Assembly: GCA_951406725.2 (NCBI GenBank)
Contig: OX597817.1
Coordinates: 158,596,001-158,660,000 of the forward strand
DNA from: Octopus vulgaris
Lineage: Eukaryota
DNA length: 64,000 nucleotides
Direction of reading: 5' to 3'
The notes below the pieces were generated by a model, which was not told the DNA's origin, made no database searches, and saw only the letters and a list, made by a program, of their open reading frames with translations. Of this stretch, positions 57,017-64,000 are shown one piece after another. A program made the translations under genes and the position numbers. Position 1 is the first letter of the stretch, and each line of letters begins with the position of its first letter.

Positions 57017-59241
57017 GTATTTTGACATTTTCGCGGCTCTAATTACATACTGATGTATCGCTTTTGTCTGTAGATAGTGGTTTGTATTCCATTAGGTATA
57101 AAGGTAAATGTTGTTGTTGTGTAGCACCTGCTAGTTCTGATCGAGCGGGACGTCCCATTAAATCAATATCGTTTACCGGTTGATGAAACCGGTAAAAGAA
57201 AATGAAATGAAAAAAAATACACAAATTTAGCGAAAACGGAAAATTTTAACAGTTACATATGTGTTTGTGTTTATCAATCAATAAGTTAACTCAACTTTAG
57301 GAAAGTTCTAACAGTTACATGTGTGTGTTTATTTGTCAATAAATTAACTCAAAGCTGGTGTTAACAAAAATTAAAGCAGTTATCTCAAACAATGACCTTT
57401 TACTTATTCGTTTCGGTTATTCAGGGAAGCGAATTTATTTTTGCACATTCCCTATTATCGTTGGTTCATTTTTAATTGCTACCACTTTAGTTAAAGATTG
57501 CTCTTTTCTTATTAAATGTCTCTTCAGATATTTAAGGGATGGTGAAACGAGATTTTGTGATAGTTGTTCTGCTCAAACATTAATTGCAGTCAAAAATTAA
57601 TAATCGACACCTGTTTTTGAGCTAAGACACGTGTAGATGTCTCACTACTCTCCACTCTCTTAACTAATTATCTTCGCCTTTTATGACTCAGTTGATGAAC
57701 AAACAATGTCAGTGTCAACGTAATTGATTCATTCATATCAAGTCTACTTTAAATGTGGAGAGGATAAAATTTGTTCAGTAAGATTGCAATATGAGTGCTT
57801 ATATCATAGCTTAAGCCAACAGGAGTACTTGAACTTAGCACTGCAATCTAATGTAAATACTTGTCTATTATGCACTGCTCCTGTTGTCACTTGGTGAGTT
57901 AAACTAATGAAGGTTAATTTTGCAGGACATTGTCACAACACCTGATTTTCCAGCATCCTTCACTTTGGTACAACAAAAATATGATGGAAACATTTGGGTA
58001 TGACGAAGTAGTTAGGTTACAGTTAAGGGTAACCAGTATTGTGTATATTGCTACTTGAGTGACGCTATTTTCTTAATGTAGATGGCAAATTGTTAATGCG
58101 ATGCAAAAATAACAGAAGTTGACCCTTCAACCAGTAACTCTATTCCCTATTGTATTTCAACCAATTGCAATTGTCCGCCGTCAGGGCGATCCAGTAACGA
58201 CCCCAGTGCGTAACTGCTACTTAATTTATCGACCCCGAAAAGATGAAAGGCAAAGTCGACCTCAGCAGAATTTGAACTCAGAACGTAACAGCAGACGAAA
58301 GGCCGCTAAGCATTTCGCCCGGTGAGCTAACGTTTCTGCCAGCTCGCCGCCTTTGTATCTATCCTTCAAGACTCCCATTTAATTGAGGGGTTTTTCTCTT
58401 GCAAGTTACTTGGTGATCTAGCTGCTGCTTTTGCTGGTATCGCTCAAAAATGCACCCAGTATGCTGTATAAAGAGGTTGGTATGAAGAAGGACATCCAGA
58501 GCCAACAGCAAGGCTTAAACCATCAAACCCATGACAGCATGGGAAATGGTCATGAAATTATGATGTTGATGATGCCACCACACCATAACAAGGACTGGAC
58601 CTTATGGTGGGTGGTACATTATAGTGTAGTATATTTGAATGCGAAGGTGCATGGTTCAGTGGTTAGAGTGTCAGGCTAACAATTATGAGGTACTGAGTTC
58701 AATTCCTGGACTGGACTGTATGTTGTGTTCTTGAGCAAGACACTTTATTTCATGTTGCTCCACTTCACTCAGCTGTAGAAATGAATTGTGATGTCTTTCC
58801 CTTGAGTAACATCAGTGGCATAGAGAGGGGAGGCTGGTATGCCTGTGTATCTACTGGTCTTCCATAAGCAACCTTGCCCAGACTTGTGCCTTGGAGGGGA
58901 ACTTTCTAGGTACAGTCCCATGGTCATTCATGTATTTAGGACTTCATTACACTTCCTTTTCTAAGGTAGAGTGTGATTTGAGGGAGATTTGGCAGTTATT
59001 TCTTCCAATATGTTAAAAGTGATTCACTTCTGTAAGCCCTTCAGGCGAAAGGCCCTAATGCAAATGTAAACCGACCTGTTATGTCATCGACACCTTGTGT
59101 TGCATGCTTATATCTATTGTTTTCTTCTTTCTTCTTAAAGCTCAGACAGTACAGTTATTGCCTATTTATATCTTTATTTATACTGTTATTACTCCCAAAG
59201 TATCATATCCATCATATGTATTTATTTATTTATTCCTATAG

Positions 59242-59971
59242 GCCCATATTCGTGGTTTTGTTGTCCGACATCGGATGAAAAAACTAAGAACAGAATTTGA
59301 GGAAATTATGCAGGAAATTCATCCCAATGGAAATCTTCATGTTGTTTGGAAAAGAAATTTGTTATGCTTACCTGAATTTTCTTCAAAGAAAGAAAGTTGT
59401 AAACCATTCCAGTTGAATTCTAAACCAAATAAATCAAAACCTCCTGAACTTCTAACTAGACCAGAGAACCATTCAATTCCTGGAAATTTTAGCAAACATT
59501 CTTCAAAAACATGTTCTAACTTTTCTGCTGAAAATTTTACATCAGATTCTTTGAACCGGTGTCTAAATAATCAAACATCTATAAATACCACTGAACATTA
59601 CAATATACAAGGAATTAATAGTGAAAGAGACAAAGAAGTACATAGAGGTGAAGAATTGGTTGAAAAAGATGGGAATCATATTATAGAAGACTCTATTGAG
59701 TCAGTGCAACTGAAGAACGAGAGAAAAATTTCCTTGCATACGGACTGCAGTGAGACAGATTTTGATAGAAAAGCTCCAAATCATCGTGATCATTTGTTTA
59801 GAAATGGAAATAGTCTTCCAAGAAATTCAAGAAAAGAACAGTTCATGAAAAATGGCAATGGCTCCATTTCTACAGCATCATTTTGTTTGCCTGTATCTTC
59901 TCCTACACCATTTGACTGTTCATCTTTGACTGATGTCACCTCAGTTTGGGACAGCACCCCATCATCTCCAG
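59242..59971 (+). CDS. IQCC: IQCC-like exon 2 (AHIRGFVVRHRMKKLRTEFEEIMQEI... then disordered)
   Basis: ttcctatag| acceptor; G|GTAATT donor; IQ motif followed by LRxE[FY]ExI as in the IQCC N-terminus. Confidence 0.85.
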
Positions 59972-60544
59972 GTAATTTATCATCATCATCATTGTTTAAC
60001 GTCTGTTTTCTATGCTAGCATGGGTTGGACTGTTTGACCGGGGTTTGGGAAGCCAGGAGGCTGCACCAGGCCCCAGTCTGATCTGGTAGTGTTTCTACAG
60101 CTGGATGCCCTTCCTAACGCCAACCACTCCGTGAGTGTAGTGGGTGCTTTTTACGTGCCACTGGCACAGGTGCCAGGCGAGGCTGGCAATGGCCACGATC
60201 GGTTGGTGCTTTTTACGTGCCACCGGCATGGAAGCCAGTCAAGGCAGAGCTGGCATCAGCCACGTATGGATGGTGCATTTTACGTGCCACCAGCACAGGT
60301 ATCACAACTACAATTTCCATTTGATTATATATTTGTATTCCAGTAGCAGAATTGCTAGGATCTCTGACTGATTTCCTTGCGATATTTAGTCACATCTTTT
60401 TACATTCTGAGGTTATACTGCCAGAGTTGACTTTATCTTTCATTCTGCCTGGGTTGATAGAATAAATTCCAGTGAAGTACTTGAACTGATTAGACCAACT
60501 GTACACACCCACTTCCCTTGTATGTCTCTTTGTACTAAACTTAA

Positions 60545-60733
60545 CCCTGGCTTTGTAGTACAAATGTCTTATTTTCATAAGTTTTGAATTAAAATCTTCC
60601 ACCAAGCTTTAGTCACAATTTACATTCCTAACACTAGCTGAATGATAACTAAGTTATTTTACTAAATTCTTTGTTATATTTAGAATAATTGAAAAACACA
60701 GAACATCTCAAAATAAATACAGTAACAAAAGGG
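60545..60733. mobile_element. piggyBac-like MITE with a short 5' internal deletion
   Basis: TTAA|CCC...AAAAGGG|TTAA; same interior. Confidence 0.8.
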
Positions 60734-60998
60734 TTAAACATTATCATCATCATTGTCATCTTTATTATTTTGCTGTTCATCATCATCATCGTTTACCGTC
60801 CGCTTTCCATGCTAGCATGGGTTGGACGATTTGACTGAGGACTGACAAACCAAATGGCTGCACCAGGCTCCAATCTTGATCTGCTGTTAATAGTGTTAAT
60901 GTTGTAACTTGCTTAATTCCTATTAAACCACAATCTGTGGTTCAGAATGAAAAGCATTCTTGTTCCTTCTGTTAAAGTCCTTTTATGCTGCTGCTGCT

Positions 60999-61033
<35 letters not shown>

Positions 61034-62776
61034 CAAAATCAACAACAACAACAATAATAATATTAATAATAACAATAATAATAATTATCATCATGATCAT
61101 CATTTAACATCCGTTTTCCATGTTGGCATGGATTGGACAGTTTAACAGGAGCTGACAAAGCCGGGATCCACAGCAGGCCCTCTTGGCCATTTTCACATGG
61201 TTTCTACAGCTGGATGTCCTTCCTAATGCAACCACTTTACGGATAGTACTGGGTACTTTTAACATGGCACCAGTGCTTTTTATGTGGCATCATATCCACC
61301 AAAGCTCTGTGAGTAGATTTGGTTAACGGAAACTGAAAGAAGTTCATCGTATATATACAGATATGTGTGTGTGTGTGTGTGTACATGTGAGCATGTGTTT
61401 GTGTCAACTTGCCCTAATGTCACATGATGGTTGTAAATGAGTGTCACTCTCATACAAGCAGTGTCATTCATTTCCAATATTCTGCAAAAACATGCCTGTC
61501 TAAAGAGAAATATTACCTGCTTGGGAACAGGTGAGGTTTGGTGACAGAGAAAGCATCCAGTCATAGAAAATTTGCCTCAATAAACTCTGACTGACTTATG
61601 AAGGCCTGGAAAAGTAGGCATTAAAACGATGATGATGATGATGATATCTGTTTTTCCTTTGTATTGAGTACTTTCGGATATAATTCTTGCCAGACCAAGT
61701 AAACAAGTTATCTGAACTGAACCCATTCCCAGTAAAGGTATATGGCTTAGTGGTAAGGGTATTTGGTTCACAATTGTAAGATCATGAGTTCAATTCCTGG
61801 TGGCCCGTTGTGTTCTTGAGCAAGACACTTTATTTCATGTTGCTCCAGTCCACACAGCTGATGAAAATGAGTGGTACTTGTATTTCAAAAGGCCAGCCTC
61901 ATCACATCCTGTGTCATGCTGAATCTCCCTGAGAACTACATTTAAGAGTACACGTGTCTATGGAGTGCTCAGCCACTTGTACGTTAATTTCGTAGATTTA
62001 CGTAGAGTGGGACCCTTGTGATGACTGGTGGAGTGCTAGTAGTCATACCCATTCCCAGATCAAGATCAAACTTTCCAAGGTTTACACTAAAATTCTTCAT
62101 TAGGCATAGGAGTGGCTGTGTGGTAAGTAGCTTGCTTATGAACCACATGGTTCCAGGTTCAGTCCCACTGTGTGGCACCTTGGGCAAGTGTCTTCTACTA
62201 TAGTCTCGGGCTGACCAAAGCCTTGTGAGTGGATTTGGTAGATGGAAACTGAAAGAAGCCCGTCGTATATATGTATATATATATATATATATGGCATTAG
62301 GAAGGGCATCCAGCTATAGAAACTCTGCCAGATCAAGATTGAAGCCTGGTGCAGCCATCTAGTTTGCCAGCCCTCAGTCAAATCGTCCAACCCATGCTAG
62401 CATAGAAAGCAAATGTTAAACGATGATGATGTGTTTGTCCCCCCAACATCGCTTGACAACCGATGCTGGTGTGTTTACATTCCTGTAATTTAGCAGTTCG
62501 GCAAAAGACACCGATAGAATAAGTACTAGGCTTACAAAGAATAAGTCCTGGGGTCGATTTGCTCAACTAAAGGCGGTGCTCCTACATGGCCACAGTCAAA
62601 TGACTGAAACAAGTAAAAGAGTGAAAAGAGTAAGAGTATTACAGTTCCCCAAACCCCAACAGTGGTTGGTTGGTTGGATCATGGCCTTGTTAACCCTCAT
62701 ATACAAACATTACTTTGTCATATTTCATAAACACAGTGCAGTATACTATATGTTATGTATCAACTAGCAGCATAGT

Positions 62777-63159
62777 GGAGGCGCAATGGCCCAGTGGTTA
62801 GGGCAGCGGACTCGCAGTCATAGGATCGCGGTTTCGATTCCCAGACCGGGCGTTGTGAGTGTTTATTGAGCGAAAACACCTAAAGCTCCACGAGGCTCCT
62901 GCAGGGGGTGGTGGTGAACCCTGCTGTACTCTTTCACCACAACTTTCTCTCACTCTTACTTCCTGTTTCTGTTGTACCTGTATTTCAAAGGGCCGGCCTT
63001 GTCACTCTCTGTGTCACGCTGAATATCCCCGAGAACTACGTTAAGGGTACATGTGTCTGTGGAGTGCTCAGCCACTTACACGTTAATTTCACGAGCAGGC
63101 TGTTCCGTTGATTCGGATCAACTGGAACCCTCGTCGTCGTAACCGACGGAGTGCTTCCA
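62777..63159 (+). mobile_element. tRNA-derived SINE family C; further copies at about 3918-4210(-), 18446-18791(+), 24755-25057(-)
   Basis: ggaggcgcaatggcccagtggttagggcagcggactcgc...ggtttcgattccc tRNA-like head. Confidence 0.85.
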
Positions 63160-63252
63160 AAAAAAAATGTATCAATACTGTAATGTAAGTTGCTGTTATT
63201 TGTGTGGTTTGATGATAATAATCCATTTGCTTTTGTTCTCATCTTAAATCAG

Positions 63253-63368
63253 ATATCACATTAGATGACATCCAGGCTTCAGAAACTTCAAGCTCTTTGC
63301 TGCAGGAGAGACAGAATTTGGCCATGGAGTTAGTGTGGATACAACAAGCAATATCAAGTCGGAAAAAT
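63253..63368 (+). CDS. IQCC: IQCC-like exon 3 (DITLDDIQ...QNLAMELVWIQQAISSRKN); gene continues beyond the window
   Basis: aaatcag| acceptor phase 1; AAT|GTGAGT donor; LAMELxWxQQAIxSRK is the conserved IQCC motif. Confidence 0.88.
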
Positions 63369-63661
63369 GTGAGTTGAAAGCTTTAGCATAACTCTTTTTC
63401 TTTCTTTTTTTCCCTTTTTCTTTCTTTTTTTTTCCCCTTTTTCTTTCTTTTTTTTTTTTTCCCTTTTTCTTGTTTCAGTCATGTGACTGTATCCGTGCTG
63501 GAGCACCACCTTTAGTCGAGCAAATTGACCCCAAGACTTATTCTTAGTAAGCCTAATACTTATTCTATCGGTCTCTTTTGCTGAACCGCCAGGTGACGGG
63601 GACATAAACACACCAGCATCGGTTGTCAAGCAATGCTAGGGGGACAAACATAGACACACAA

Positions 63662-63695
<34 letters not shown>

Positions 63696-64000
63696 GTATA
63701 CATATATATATATGTATACATATATACATACGATGGGCTTCTTTCAGTTTCCATCTACCAAATCCACTCACAAGGCTTTGGTTGGTCCGAGGCTATAGTA
63801 GAAGACACTTGCCCAAGGTGCCACACAGTGGGACTGAACCCAGAACCATGTGGCTGGTAAGCAAGCTACTTACCACCCAGCCACTCCTGTTGATAAAATT
63901 TATAAAACCTTCAGCCTAATTGTTGATAAAATTTGCAACATGGGAGAATTTCATATGCTATGAAGAAAGGTGTATTTTGATGTTTTAGGCAGGTGAATAA

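Overview
Eukaryotic, AT-rich, intron-rich animal DNA dense in microsatellites and SINEs. The tRNA-derived SINE repertoire suggests an octopod cephalopod (inference). Most ORFs in the track are microsatellite or SINE artefacts. Three spliced genes can be assembled by hand with consistent phases. (1) On +, the 3' part of an uncharacterised gene (exons <1-655, 9412-9698, 21601-21629, 21822-22896, 25876-26152, 29645-29712) encoding a long disordered Pro/Lys-rich protein with one C-terminal TM helix. (2) On -, a complete 9-exon archease (ZBTB8OS-like, 157 aa; 56858->37567). It has an 11-nt micro-exon followed by a U12-type intron, and intron 1 holds a stray duplicate of the U12 acceptor plus exon. 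(3) On +, IQCC-like exons 1-3 (56939-63368, continuing past the window), head-to-head with archease with only 80 bp between the ATGs. Mobile elements include Tx1/L1-like 3' fragments inside (TATC)n, non-autonomous Helitrons, TTAA piggyBac-like MITEs, a Merlin-like MITE with an 8-bp TSD, mariner deletion derivatives, Tc1/pogo MITEs, RTE/CR1 relics, foldback elements and four SINE families. Coordinates were counted by hand; TE boundaries are approximate unless a TSD is quoted.
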